Shown here piece after piece: positions 25,005 to 39,270 of a stretch of 64,000 nt of DNA. Source of the DNA: Mobula hypostoma (lineage: Eukaryota); the NCBI RefSeq assembly GCF_963921235.1, contig NC_086108.1:58158001-58222000 (forward strand), in the 5' to 3' direction. Position numbers and translations under genes: made by a program. Below the pieces are notes generated by a model. The model did no database searches and was not told the origin of the DNA. It worked only from the letters and a program-made list of their open reading frames with translations. Within the stretch, counting starts at the first letter, position 1. The number at the start of each line of letters is the position of its first letter.

Positions 25005-26451
25005 GTAATCTGAAAGAGAACAATCAAATGCAATTGCATTTTCCCAGATAACTTATAGGCTACAGTAACATTGCCCTACCCTCCATAGGTTGATGCCAGC
25101 TATCAAAGGATGAGCAGAAGTCAGCTACAGATGGTAAAGGGAAATGGTGTAAGTCAGCAAAGCTGGTACTTCATTAACAATAAACAGCATGCTTTTTAAT
25201 ACTCCACAAACTAGGAAAATTTTTTTTTACATTAATTATTTTTAGAATAATCCAGCCATAATTTCAAAACACCAAAAATCATCAATTAGGTGCTTTATTC
25301 CGATTCATTTTTTTAATATCTTGCCATCCATGCATATATCACAATTTGCTCCATGAAACCAGATAATATCATTAGTTCATCATTTTAATTTGATAGATAA
25401 TTTATTTTAAATGGGTTACTATTAACATTAAAATAATATCATAAAATCTAGTCAGAATGTACTATATAATGGAGCTTTGTGTTAATTGTATATGTTCACA
25501 AGTTAACATTTCAGTGGTAGTTAGTATTCTTATTCTTCTTATGGCTCATCTTCCTGGCATCATAAACTCCTGAGTCCTCTCCACCCTAGTTCCTCATTCC
25601 TCCTGCAAAGAAACTAACATTGTCACACTTTGATCTTTTCATCTGTTTATCATAGTTTAAATTATATCTTCAAGTACGTGAGAAGTTATGCATTCTTATG
25701 CTACCTAGAGCATCAATTCTTTACTTTATCACAAGCTCCATCTCCCATAAGAAACCACTTCCATTTTGGGCTTTCATTATTATTTAATTCTTTTTCTCCT
25801 TTCTTATTGAAAAAGGTTTCCTTACCATTATAAAATGGTAAGGGGAATAGGCAGAAATTATTGTGCTGCAAGTGGGATGGTCTCTGCAAAGATTGATGCA
25901 GAAATGAAAAAACTTTCTTTCTGTTGCCATCTTCTACAAACACTATGAGTTATATTACAGTTGTAACACAATAAGACATAGAACCACACATGAAACACAA
26001 TGTGCTTGTTTCAAAACTAGACAAATCTATCAAAACTATTATCCTTTAAAAATATCTATGAGCTAAGTAATATTCTACGTAATCCATTCCATTAAGCTGT
26101 CCCTTCATGCATTGCTTTACCATTAACTTATGAAAGTATCTCCAAATAATGTGGTTAGATTAACCATCTACTCTGGAAAGTAGATGCAGAATATTACTGC
26201 TGAACCAAATCATATTTGATTTGTCCATGGTTTATAACAAAACAATGTAAGGGACCAGACGGTAATCAAGGATATGGAACCTATTTGAAACTAACTTCCA
26301 TGTAGCATGACACAAAGAAAGAAAAATGTACAGAAGCTAACCCTAACCCTGATTGATCACAGCTCTGTTGAAGTCAACCACAATCAACTGGAACTATTTT
26401 TTTTGAATCTATGACGCTATGACTATCCTCAATCTAATCACTTAATTGTAA

Positions 26452-26905
26452 ATCATAAAGCAATGCTGACTGTTCTAAGCAGGCCATGTCTTTTTGAATG
26501 CACATGATTCCTATCCTTCAGTATCTTCTCCAGTGGCTTCCATACCACTGATGTGAGGCTCCTTGTCCTGTAATTATCTGGATTATCCTTATTTCCCTTC
26601 TTGAACAAAGGCACATTTGCTACTCTCCATTCCTCTGGGACTTCACCTCTTGCCAGTGTGGACACAAAGATCCTGGTTAAAGCCCCAGCAATCTCTTTAC
26701 TTTCTTCTTTCACTATAATGGGATATATGCCATTAGGTCCTGGGGACTTATCCAACTTCATGCTTTTCAGGAGACCCAGCATTACCTCCTCCTTAATCTC
26801 AGAATGTCCCAGCACATCAGAATGCTCCAGCCAGTTTTCAGTATCCTCCAAATCCTTCTCCTTGGTAAATATCAATGCAAAGTATTCACTTAGTAACTCA
26901 GCCAT
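26452..26905 (-). mobile_element. CR1 ORF2 fragment
   Basis: DKSPGPNGIYP..PEEWRVANVPLFKKG..NYR. Confidence 0.85.
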
Positions 26906-27454
26906 GTGCTATAACAACAAACACAAATTCTGTTCTTTATCCTCATGTGGACTGTAGCTGCACTGTTCAATGGTGGAATAGATTGGAGGGACTAAATGGG
27001 ATAGAGTAATTCTTGTTTCAGTGTGCTGTCTTCCCATCGTTTGGACACTACAAAATGCTGATGCTCTGAATTTAGACAGCACATTCCTCAGCAGACAGTG
27101 CTCAGTGTGACTGAGCAGACAGTCGACAGTAGATAGTCAACTGAGTAGGCAGTTCTGGCAATGCAGTGTGCTAACAGCTCCCAATGGGCTAATTTAGAAG
27201 CATGTCACATGTAGCAGTCAAAACGAATAGCTCACAATGACTTGGATGAACAAGGACAGCATTCATGAAAAAATGGGATTGTTGGTTCCTTTACATCTGG
27301 CCACATGAGATCTCGAAAATGACATTTTCTGCATGCACATTTTGTGACTCCCATATGCCACAGATTTAGTGTTGGCCTAATGAGTATTTACCATTTGTAC
27401 ACACAACAATGAAATGCAAAACTGCCAGTCACCCATAACAGATGTTAAGAACTG

Positions 27455-27652
27455 ACAGACTGCAGTGGAGGCCAAGTCCGTGGGTATATATAAAGTGGAA
27501 GTTGATAGATTCCTGATTGGTTGGGACATCAAGGAATATGGTGAGAGGGCAGGTGTATGGGGTTGAATAGGATCTGGAATCGGCCATGATGAAATGGCAG
27601 AAGGTACTCAATGGGCTGAATGGCCTAATTCTGCTGCTATGTCTTATGGTCT
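27455..27652 (+). mobile_element. CR1 3' end
   Basis: gcagtggaggccaagtc...gggctgaatggcctaattctgctgctatgtcttatggtctt tail. Confidence 0.75.
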
Positions 27653-29283
27653 TCTGCTGAGAAGTGCAGCAGTGGACAAAATTAGGAAGGTACCATCATT
27701 GTGAGGAAGTTAATGTGCCTTTGTAATTCTTATACTGGCATAGCGGTGGTGGATGTACCACCATGTACTTAATGCACATAGATGAATGTGATGTATGATA
27801 AAATGTGGTTACTTTTCCCCAACTATCTTTACGCAGTATGACACATTATAAGCTGGGTGGAATAGCAGGCAAAACTGCAGGGAAGATAAACATTCACATA
27901 AACATGGCATTGGATAAAGATAATGAATATTCTAGAAGTTGTTGGATTAAAAACATCAGAATCTAACATTATATAGTCAAATTATAGATCATAATTATAC
28001 AATTATGCAGTCTTAATTGAACAAAGTGGAAATGGGCAACCCCAGTATTGAGCAGGGTATGCTAAGATGTTTGGCACCTTGTAGTCCAGAAGCTCTCAAC
28101 AATTGTATTTCTTGTCAGCAATTGTTTAGGGTCTGTTATTTGCAAGGGAGGCCTATAATGTGACTCTGGAAAGTAAGAAAAAAGCAGTCGTTAAGTTTGT
28201 GTACCTAGGTTCTTGTTATACAGAGTGTGGAACTTCCGTGCCAGTAATCTGCAGAGATGGTAATAGAATTGTGAAGGTTGTCTTGATATATGCATCATAA
28301 AACAGATACTTAGCGCAGCATGAATTGGAAGGATTTTATTAATTTGGAATCACTAAACATGGTACTTATTGATTAAGGACTGAGAGAACAATAGTCATTT
28401 CAAGATTTACACAGATTCAAGACTATCATTTTGGAAATTACCTCATTGTCAGGGCACCACGTAAGTGCTGAAAATAATATCATTAAAATAATTGGAACCT
28501 GGAAGCACCCACAGTTGCTAAGTGCTTCAAGGTTCACTCACTACTGCTGTGTCAGAAGCCAGTTATCTTGCAACTTAGCTCTAAGTGGCAATTTTGAAAT
28601 TATATTTAAAATCTATTTCAGTCTCTTTGCCTGCAAGACAGATTAAGACTTTTAGGAGAAAATCTAATTTTTACTTTCTCTGTCCCTGCGCAATGAACAG
28701 AAATTCTCTTGTCCTTAGCTACTACAGTATTAAATTCTAAAGTATCTGTTTCCATACATCATCGGTAAGTGATCATGCAGTTCAGTCAGCCAACTCAATC
28801 CCACGTATGATTAATGACATATGGCCTATATATCATCAGTTATTAAAGTTCATTTTGAGTACACTCACCTTCTCCTCAAATGCTTTATTTGCTAATGATT
28901 TTCTAGCTCCTCATTAAAGCAATGAATTTGTGCAATTTTACCACCCTGTCTAGATTTGGAACCTTGCTTAATTTTTTTTTGTTTACTCAACTTAAATAGT
29001 TCACTTCTCCCTTAACAAAATGTTTTGTTGTTTTACAGAATTGAATTATATTTCTCATGAATCAGCTATTGTTCATTGAAAATATATTTAACCTATTGGG
29101 CCTTTGTTTATAACTTGCTCTTGCAAGCCAGAATTATACTGCACCCTCTTTGCCAATTTTCCAATAGATTCCAATGCTTCTTGAGATAAAGTGACCAAGA
29201 TTAAATTTCACACTTGTATCTGTCAACATTAACATAATATAACATTTTTTAGACACTAAAGCATTAACAACCTTATTTTGCAT

Positions 29284-29450
29284 TAGAAACATAGAAACAT
29301 AGAAAACCTACAGCACCATACAGGCCTTTCAGCCCACAAAGTTGTGCCGAACACCTCCCTACCTTAGAAATTACTAGGCTTACCTATAGCCCTCTATTTT
29401 TCTAAGCTCCATGTACCTACCCAAAAGTCTCTTAAAAGACCCTTATATAC
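29284..29450 (-). mobile_element. CR1 3' tail fragment
   Basis: tagaaacatagaaacatagaaaacctacagc; near reverse complement of 39120-39270. Confidence 0.8.
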
Positions 29451-31352
29451 CCTTTGCTTCTCTGATTATTTGTATCATCTGGGATGATGCTGGTACACCA
29501 TGATTATCACCAAGTCACTTTCCTTTCTACCTCTGCCCATTGCAATTCTAAGCCATAAGTCCATAATGCATGGGAGCAGACTCAGGCCTCTTGGCCCACA
29601 AGTATCCTCTACCATTTTATCATGGTCAATTTAGTTTCCCTCTCAACCCCACCCTGCTGCCTTCTCATCGTAACCTTTGACACACTTACTAATAAAGAAT
29701 CTATCAATCTTCGCTTTAAGTATACCTAATCACTTGGCCGTCCACAGTCATCTCTAGCAATAAGTTTCGCACATTCTCCACCCTCTGGCCAAAGGAATTC
29801 CTCCTCATCTCTATTCTAAAAGGAAGTCCTTCTATTCCGAGGGCTGAGCCCTCTGGTCTTAGAACTGTCCCACTGTTGGAAACATCCTCTACATGTCCAC
29901 TTTATTTAAGCCTTTCAGTATTCAGATATACCCCCTCATTCTTCTAAACTCCAATGAATACAAGCCCAGAGCCATCAAATGCTCCTCATATTAATCCGTT
30001 CATTCCCAATATCCTTCTTGTAAATCTTCTCTGGATCTTCTCTAATGCCAGCACATCATTTCTTATATATGGAAGCCAAACCTACTCACAATACTCCAAA
30101 TATGGTGGAAACAATGCCTTATAAAGCCACACCTTAACCTTTACATTCTAGTCCTCTGGAAATGAATGCTAGCATTGCATTTGCCTTCCTTACTACCGAC
30201 TCAACCTGCAAATTAGCCTTTCGGGAATCCACAATTAGGACTCCCAAGTCCATTTGAACCACCAATTTCTGAGTACATTCCTATTTAGAAAATAGTGTAC
30301 ACCTTTATTCCTTCATGAAGTCATAAAGTACACGACTATAGACTTCCCACTCCTCTGCCCGTTCTCCCAATCTGTCCAAATCCTTCTGGAGATTCTGCTC
30401 CCTCAACACTACCTGCCCCTCCACCTATATTTATATTATACGCGAACTTGGTCACAAAGCCATCAATTCCATCATCCAGATCATTAACATTAAACGTAAA
30501 AAGTAGCGGACCCAACACCAACCCCTGCGGAATACCATTACTCACTAGCAGTCAACCAGGAAAGACCTGAATTATTCCCACTCTTTGTCTTCTGTCAGCC
30601 AACCAATCTTTGATCCATACTAGCATCTTTCCTTTAATACTATGGGTTCTCATCTTGTTCAGCAGCCTCCTGTATAGCAACTTGTAAAAGGCCTTCTGAA
30701 AATTCAAGAAAATAACATCTACCAACACTTTTTACATATCCTGCCTGTTATTTCCTCAAACAATTCCAATAGATTTGTCAGGCAAAATTTCCCCTTAAGG
30801 AAACCATACTGACTTGGGCCTATTATATCACTTATCTTCAAGTGCCCTGAAACCTCGTCCTTAATATCGGACTCTAACATTTCCTCACCCACTGAAGTCA
30901 AGCTAACTAGCCAATAATTTCCTTTCTTCTCCCTTCTTAAAAAGTGGAGTGATAATTGCAATTTTTCATTCTTCAGGAACCATTCCAGAATCTGTTGATT
31001 CTTGAAAGATCACTACTAATGCCCTCGCAATCGCTTCAGCTGCCTCTTTCAGAACCTTGAGTGCAGTTCATCTGGTCCAGGTGACTGATCTTCCTTCAGA
31101 CTTTTTCAGCTTCAGAAGCACCTTCTCCTTAGCAATAGCGACTTCACTCGTTTCTGCCCCTTAATGTTCTCAAATTTTTGGCTTGTTGCTGGTGTCTTCC
31201 ACAGTGAAGACTGCCACAAAATACTTATTCAGTTCAACTGCCAAATCTTTGATTCCCCCATTACTACCTCTCCAGCATCATTTCACAGCAGTATGCTGTC
31301 CATTCTTGCCTCTCTTTCACTCATTTGTATATCTGAAAACACTTTTGATCTC

Positions 31353-34300
31353 CGCTTTTCTGTCCATTGCAGGCACCTATTTTCTGAAACGCGGGTTGGA
31401 GCGTGGTAGAGGCAAATTATGTATTGTCGTTTTGTTTATTGTTTAGTTTAGACTAGTTGAGAGTTAGAGGCAGCTGGGAATGATATTTTTTGTTGACTGC
31501 TAATTCTGATATCGCTATTAGTACACTTAAATACGTATAGAATGCTAATTTAGTTCGATCACTTAGTTACGCTAATTGGGACATTATTGGAACACAAACT
31601 AGATCACTAACTTAAATACGTTAGTTCGACTGCTAACTTTGTTACTTCGCTAATTTGAACATTATATCGCTAATTTAGTTTTGTTAGTTTTTCATTGCTA
31701 CACGATCATTCATCTTTGCTGGTTTCATAATAAAAGATTGAACATACCTTCTTCAACTTTGGAAATTTATTATTTTGAAGCACATCATACAGTGTCTCCT
31801 GGCTTAGTCTCTCAGCAGTTTTGGTTTGTTTTAAAGTAACTACTAGATTTTGTCAACAAAAAAAAAGTTTTACCAAATGAACACCAGTCTGCAGCAAAGG
31901 ATTGCCTTTGGATCTGTTGGCGAAATTGGAATCACAACACTGAGAAGCCAGAGCAGTTTGAGGCAAGTAATGGCCTTTTGTTGATTCATGCTGTGTATTT
32001 GTGGTTTGAACACTGTTTTAAATGGTCAGCGCTGCCTGTTCATTGGGGACTGTTGTTCGCTCTTGTGGTGTGGGTGTTAGCCTGGGGGTTTGTTGCTTTG
32101 TTTGATTGAAGTACTGAAGTATTCCGGTTACCAACCTTTGAATTGAAGGCTGTTTGTTCGGTCTGGTTTAAACGCTATGGATGCACAGACAGTTTGTTTG
32201 TTGACTACATGTATTGAATAAAATATTGCCGGTCCTGCGGGTGAACAAAAGGTTAATTGCAAGTGGTGCAATTAGGAGATAGTAACATGATTGTATCGGA
32301 GCATGGAACTGGCACGAACGACTGGAATTGGGGTTGACAAAAGAGAAATTAAACTTACTTTGAAAGCTTTAGTGGGTAGAATTGAAAATCTTCAAAAGGA
32401 ATGTAAACCAAATGTGAACAAAATTAAAGGTTTAATACCATCCATTAATGATCTTACGAAACTTAAAGAAAATATCTTGCAAGTGCTCAGGTCTTGACTA
32501 ATCTCCAACTGTTGCTAAGCAACATCACATGCTAATCTAACTTCCCAAATTCGAGCAGGAAAGAGAAAATAGATGTTTTTCAAGCATTGATTGCTATAAT
32601 AGTGCATTCATAGGGGATGTGGAACAATGGTTGAACCAACCGTGCTCCACTGAAGGTCATGTTGCTACAAGTGAATGTGTTTCTCACCTTCCATCAGACA
32701 ATGTTTCTCAAATTCCAAGGCATGTTTTGACTACACATATAGCAGAGGACACACAGGATGATGTAGATCCACAAAGTGTGTCAAATGTCAATGCTCGAAG
32801 TTCTGCTGCAGGCAGAGCACCTTCTGTATCAAATACCTCCTCTGCATGCATTAAAACAGAGGCTGATTTAGCTGCATTAATTGCACAACAACAATTATTG
32901 AAGGACAAACATCCATTGGAAAAACCAGAGGAGCACACACGGAGAGGAAGGAGCAGCTATGGAAAAGGAAGGAACCTAAAGTATAGGAGCTGTTGCAAAT
33001 GATTCGCAGTGTTAATAATGCATTTAGAATAATGTTGAGTTGGACTGTGAATGAACCACTGAAAGGAGACCATGACGCTGGAAGAGACTGTGCACAGCCA
33101 CAGCTGACAGTTAACAGGATTTCCGTTTTGAACTTGGATAGGCTTTGGCAGCAGCAGTTCAAGACAGACTTTCTTAAATGCAGTAATGATAAACAACATG
33201 GCTTGTCAAGAGAAGATCACAAGTTCATGGAGCTGGCTATGAATTCTGCAAAACTAGTGGATGACCACTACCAGATTGGTTTACCTTTGAGAAAGAAGGA
33301 GGTTACCACGCCAAGTAATAGGGCGGTTGCTGAACAGCATGTTCTAAGTTTATGAAAGGGGTTTAAGGAGGATTTGTCATTTCACACGGACTGCACAGCT
33401 TTCATAAAGCATGTCATCTTAAAAGGTTTTACCGAAAATGTGCCAGCAGAGGATCTGGAACACGGTGAAAGGAAAACCTGGTATACTCCACATCCTGGTG
33501 CTTGTCACCCCAGAAAAGGGAAACTTTGTGTTGTGTTTGACTGTAGAGCGACTTTTCAGAGAAAATTACTTAATGCACAGCTTTTATAGGGACCAGATCT
33601 TACAAGCTTATTGATTGGAGTCATACAAAAAGTTCAAAACTAAATTTATTACCAAGTACATATGCGTCACCATATATAACCCTGAGATTCATTTACTTGT
33701 GGGCATACTCAACAAATCTATAGAAAAATAACTGTAACAGAATCAATGAATGACTGGCCAACTAGGGCATTCAACCGGACAACAAACAGTGCAATTGTCA
33801 AAATAAGAAAGAATAATATAAATAAATAAACAATAAATATTGAGAACATGGGAAGAAGAGTCCTTGAAAGTGAGTCTATTTATTGTGGGAACATTTCAAT
33901 AATGGGGCAAGTGAAGTTGAGTGAAGTTATTCCTTTGGTTCAAGGTAACTGTTCTGGAACCTGGTGGTGTGAGTCTTGAGGCTCTTGTACCTTATTCCTG
34001 ATGGCAGTAGTGAGAAGAGACCATCCAGAAAAGAACCAGTGGTGATAATGGCAGATATCGAATTACAGTTCCGTCAGATTAAAGTACCAGCAGAAGATGC
34101 AGATCTGTTGAGGTTTCTCTGGTGGCCTGATGATGACCTCAACAAAGATATGGGGGACTTTAGAATGGTGGTACATTGCTTTAGAGCAACTTCATCACCA
34201 AGCTGTGCCAATTTTGCTTTTAGGAAATGCACCAAAGACAAAGAAGAACAGTTCAAACGTGAGACAGTGGATAAAGCTTTGCGTGGCCTCCATGTTGATG

Positions 34301-36934
34301 ACTGCCTTGTATCAATGTCTTCTGAGGAAGACCCTGTGACTCTCTATCCTGACCTTGCATCCGTTTGTGCTAAAGGCGAATTTCGTCTCACAAAGTGGAT
34401 AATCAACAGACGTAGTGTGTTAGCCGTGGTACCAGAAGAGCAGAGAACGAAAGACATGAAGGATTTGGATTTGGGGTTGTGTCAAGATATATCTTCAATG
34501 GAAAGAATACTAGGTGTGCAATGATGCGTTCAGTCTCATACTTTCAATTTCAGGAACATGATCCAAGATAGACCACTCACCAGAAGGGGGATCCTCTCCA
34601 CAGTTAGTTCCTTCTATGATCCTTTAGGAATCTTGATCCGGTGATGCTGGCTGCTAAGAAGATCCTGCAAGATCTATGTTAGAAAGGGCTTGACTGGGAT
34701 GACACGATATCAGCATCAGTTGCTCATAAGTGGACAAGCAGGCTGGAAGAACTCTGCCAATTGGAAGACTTCAAGGTTGCTAGATGTTTGAAAGCCCTCA
34801 GATTTTGGAGAAGTTACTGCTGCATAGTCACACCACTTTGCAGATGCAAGCAAAGATGGTTATGGAGCATCGACTCACCTATTGTTGCACAACATGCGCT
34901 CCCGGATGCACAGTACTTTTATCATGGGAAAATCTAGGTAGCTCTGTTGAAGTCAGTTTCCATCCCTCGTATGCAGCTCACCACTACTACAATGGCAAGT
35001 TGTATGGGCACATTGTGGAGGAAAGGATTGCTTATGTAGCTTCATGACTCAGTTATTTGGACCAATGGCACTTCCGTGCTGAAGTACATCGAGAATGAAG
35101 CTTCCAGGTTCAAACTTTTCGTTGCAAGTAGAGTTTCAGAAATTGTTAAGACCTCACAGGCATCTCAATGGAGGTATGTAAACACTTCAAGCAACTGGCA
35201 GATGTGGCCTCTAGAAGGTTGATGATGAAAATATTCCTGAAGAATGAGACATGGCTGTCAGGGCTCATTATCTTCTTTAGCCTGAAAGTGAATGGTATGT
35301 GAATTCTGATTGTTCTAAAGAACAACTACTACATGACTGGAAGTCAAGAGGCATGTTACAATGAATGCCATGCAGGTTGAAGGGGAATTGGACCCATTTG
35401 AGGTGAAGAGCAAAAGGAGTACAGTGAAGAGGTATGGGCTGTTCAAATTGAAGTACCTCTTTAGACACAGATTCTTTTGTTAATGCATTTCAACGCTTTA
35501 TAGCAAGACAAGGACAGGTTTGTGAACTGCACTCAGATAATATGACAAACTTTGTTGGTGCTGAGCATGAGTTGCAAGAAGCTATTGAGAAGTAGAAGCA
35601 TTCACAGATCAGTGATGTCCTTCTTCAAAAAGGATTTAAGTGGATGTTTAACCCCTTGGCTGGTTCACATGGGTGAGATTGATTGGATCTGTGCAAAAGG
35701 TCTTCAATTCCACCATGAAGATACAGAATCTTGATGAAGAGGGTTTGCACACAATCCTTTGTGAAGTCGAGGCTATTATCAATGGTCATCCAATTACTAA
35801 AGCATCCTCCAATCCCAATAATTTGGAGGCATTAACACCAAACAATCTATTGCTTCTTTAGACCTCACCATCCTTACCACCAGGAGAGTTCATTTATTCT
35901 CATTGTAGATGTAAGTGTTCCAATGTATGTCAAACTTGCCTTGGAAATAGTGGGTCAAGGAATATTTAATAAAATTGCAAGGCAGTCAGAAATGGTCAGG
36001 TACAAAACACAACTTCCTCCCAGGAGATATTGTATTTATAGATGACAACACAGCACTTTGAAACTCATGGATTGTGAGAAGAGTTATTCAAGTGCTTCCA
36101 GACAGAAGAGGATTTGTGTGGCATGTGCATGTCCAGACCAAGATCAGCTCCCTGGACAGGCCTATGACCAAGATCTGTCTTCTACGGGAGGCAGAGGTTT
36201 AAGGAGCTACTGCTCTTGATGCTTCATGACTTTGTCTTGACTTACTGACTTGACAGAGAGCGGTGGTAAAGTACTGTACTGGGCTAAGTGCTAGTAACCT
36301 CTGGCCTAGATGACTGTTACGTGATTTGTCTGGAAGAAGAAAGAGAACATTTGTATAAATGTTAAGATGCTTGTCCTTGAAGATTTCATGTCTCCTGTAT
36401 TAGTAGTATTTGTAGTTGTAATTGTTGTAGTATAATAATTGAAGGACAGGGATGTAGGAGCCATTTATCTATTTTCTGTCACATGGGTTGGGGCATGATA
36501 AGAAGCAGATGAATACAGTTACGTGTTCTCATTTCGTTCATTGTTTAGTTTAGTCTAGTTGAGAGTTAGGAGCAGCTGGAAATGAATTTTTATGTTGATC
36601 ACTAATTTTGATATCACTATTAGTACATACAGAACACTAATTTATTTGACTGCTTAGTTAAACTAATTGGGATGTTATTGGAACACTAACTTCACTTAAA
36701 TACGTTAGTTCAACTGCTAGCTTCGTTACTTCACCAATTTGAATGTTATATCACTAATTTGTTTCATTAGCTTTTCATTGCCACAAGATTGTTCATCTTT
36801 GCTGTTTTAATAATAAAGGATCGAAAGTACCTTTCTCGACTTTGGAACTCCGTTATTTTGAAGGACATCATAGAGTATTGGTCTCCTGGCTTAGTCTTTC
36901 AGCAGTTTTGGTTTGTTTTAAAGTAACCGCTACT
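31353..36934 (+). mobile_element. Decayed BEL/Pao LTR retrotransposon
   Basis: Diverged direct LTRs ~31365-31846 and 36453-36934; PPT gaaggacaggga before TG at 36453; pol motifs [68 protein letters not shown]. Confidence 0.92.
33628..34022 (-). mobile_element. Rex-type LINE 3' end inserted in the BEL pol
   Basis: Interrupts GPDLTSLLIGVI|..RKEPVVIMADIE; reverse complement of the Rex 3' UTR. Confidence 0.8.
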
Positions 36935-38282
36935 ATATCATTGACTAGCTTATCTTCATATTTCCTCTTTTCTCACCTTATTGCTTTTTTAGTTGCTTTG
37001 TGTTGGTTTTTAAAAGCTTCCTGATCCTTTAGCTTCTCACTAATTTTGGCTATATTGTATGCCCTCTCTTCTGCTTTTATGCTGTCTTTGACTTCCCTTG
37101 TCAACCATGGTTGCCTCATCCTCCCTTTAGAATGCTTCTTCTTCATTGGGATGAACTGATCCTGTGTCTTCTGAATTACTCCCAGAAACTCCAGCTATCA
37201 CTGCTCTACTACCAGCCCCGCTCGTGTCCCCTTCCTATCAACTTTGTCCAGATCCTCTCTCATGCCTCTATAGTTCCCTTTACTCCACAGTAATAAGGAC
37301 ACATCTGATTTTAGCTTCTTCCTCTAAAACTGCAGGATGAATTCTAACATATTTTATCACTGGGTTCCTTTACCTTATGCTCCCTAATAAAATCTGATTC
37401 ATTACACAACACTCAATCCAGAATTGCGTTTTCCCCTAGGAGACGTGACTAAAAGTTGTTCTAAAAAGCCATCTCATAGGCATTCTACAAATATCTTCTC
37501 TTGGGATTTAGCACCATCCTGATTTTTCCCAATTTACCTGCATATTGGAATTCCCTATGACCTATGACCCTTTTGTTTAAATGCCTTTTCTATCTCCCAA
37601 TGCAATTTGTAACCCCACATCCTGGTTACTGTTTGGGGTCCTGTATATAACTCACACCAAGGTCTTTTCACCCTTGCAGTTTCTTAACTCTACCCGCAAG
37701 TATTCTACATCTTTTGGTCCCATGTCACTTCTTTCTAAGGATTTTATTTTAATGAACAAATACATCCCACCCCCTTCTGCCCACCTGCTTGTTTTATCAA
37801 TACAATGTTTCTTCAACATCCTTGGATGCTAAGCTCCCTGGTGTAATCTTTCAGCTCAGCCCTCTGATGCCCACAACCTGCCAATTTCTAACTGCACTAC
37901 AAGATCGTCTACCTCATCTTGTATCCTGTGTGCATTCAAATGTAACACCCTCAGTCCTGAATTCACCACCCATCTTTTCTTATCCCTTTCTAAACTTTTT
38001 TAGTCATATTCTTTATTTTGGAAATTTCCATAACCTCTCCTGCGCTCTCCTTCCCTTTACCTTTATCCATGCTTTTCCGAGCTGTTGAACCCACCCCCTA
38101 CAGTTTAATTTAAAACTCTATCCTCAGCCTTGGTTAGGCGATTTGCCAGGCCCCAGCCTGGTTCAGGTGGAGCATGTCCTATCAGAACAGCTTACTCCTT
38201 CCCCAGCACTGAATTCAAACGCACTTGTTCCATACCAATCTTAGACCCACACATTTAACTCTCTGATCATATTAATGCCGTG

Positions 38283-39270
38283 CTAGTCTGGGACCCCTAC
38301 TCTTTGTGATTTTTATACATGACCTGGATGAGGAAGTGGAGGGATGGTTTAGTAAATTCGCTGATGATGCAAAGGTTGGGAATGTTGTGGATAGTGTGGA
38401 GGGTTGTCAGAGGTTACAGCGGGACATTCATAGGATGCAAAACTGGGCTGAGAAGTTACAGATGGAGTTCAACTCAGATAAGTGTGAGGTAGTTCATTTT
38501 GGTAGGTCAAATATGATGGCAGAATATAGCATTAATGGCAAAACTCTTGGCAGTATGGAGGATCAGAGGGAACTTGAGGTCCGAGTCCATAGGACACTTG
38601 AAGTTGCTACGCAGGTTGACTCTGTGGTTATGAAGGCATACAGTGCATTGGCCTTCATCAATTGTGGGATTGAGTTTAAGAGCCAAGAGGTAATGTTGCA
38701 GCTATATAGGACCCTGGTCAGACCCCACTTGGAGTACTGCGCTCAGTTCTGGTCACCTCACTATAGGAAGAATGTGGAAACCATAGAAAGGGTGCAGAGG
38801 AGATTTACAAGGATGTTGCCTGGATTGGGGAGCATGCCTTATGAAAATAGGTTGAGTGAACACGGTCTTTTCTCCTTGGGGTGACGGAGGATGAGAGTTG
38901 ACCTGATGGAGGTGCAGAAGATAATGAGAGGTATTGATCATGTGGATAGTTAGAAGCTTTTTCCCAGGGCTGAAATAGCTAGCATGAAAGGGCATAGTTT
39001 TAAGGTGCTTGGAAGGAGGTACAGAGGCGATGTCAGGGGTAAGTTTTTTTTTTACACAGAGAGTGGTGAGTGCTTGGAATGGGCTGCTGGCGGCTGTGGT
39101 GGAGGCGGAAGCGATAGGGTCTTTTAAGAGACTCCTGTATGGATACATGGAGGTTAGAAAAATAGAGGGCTATGGGTAAAGCCTAGGTAGTTCTAAGGTA
39201 AGGACATGTTCGGCACAGCTTTGTGGGCCAAAAGGCCTGTATTGTGCTGTAGGTTTTCTATGTTTCTATC
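38283..39270 (+). mobile_element. CR1 3' portion
   Basis: ORF 38306-38884 (KFADD..RPHLEYCAQFWSPHYRK); tail ttttctatgtttctat. Confidence 0.92.
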
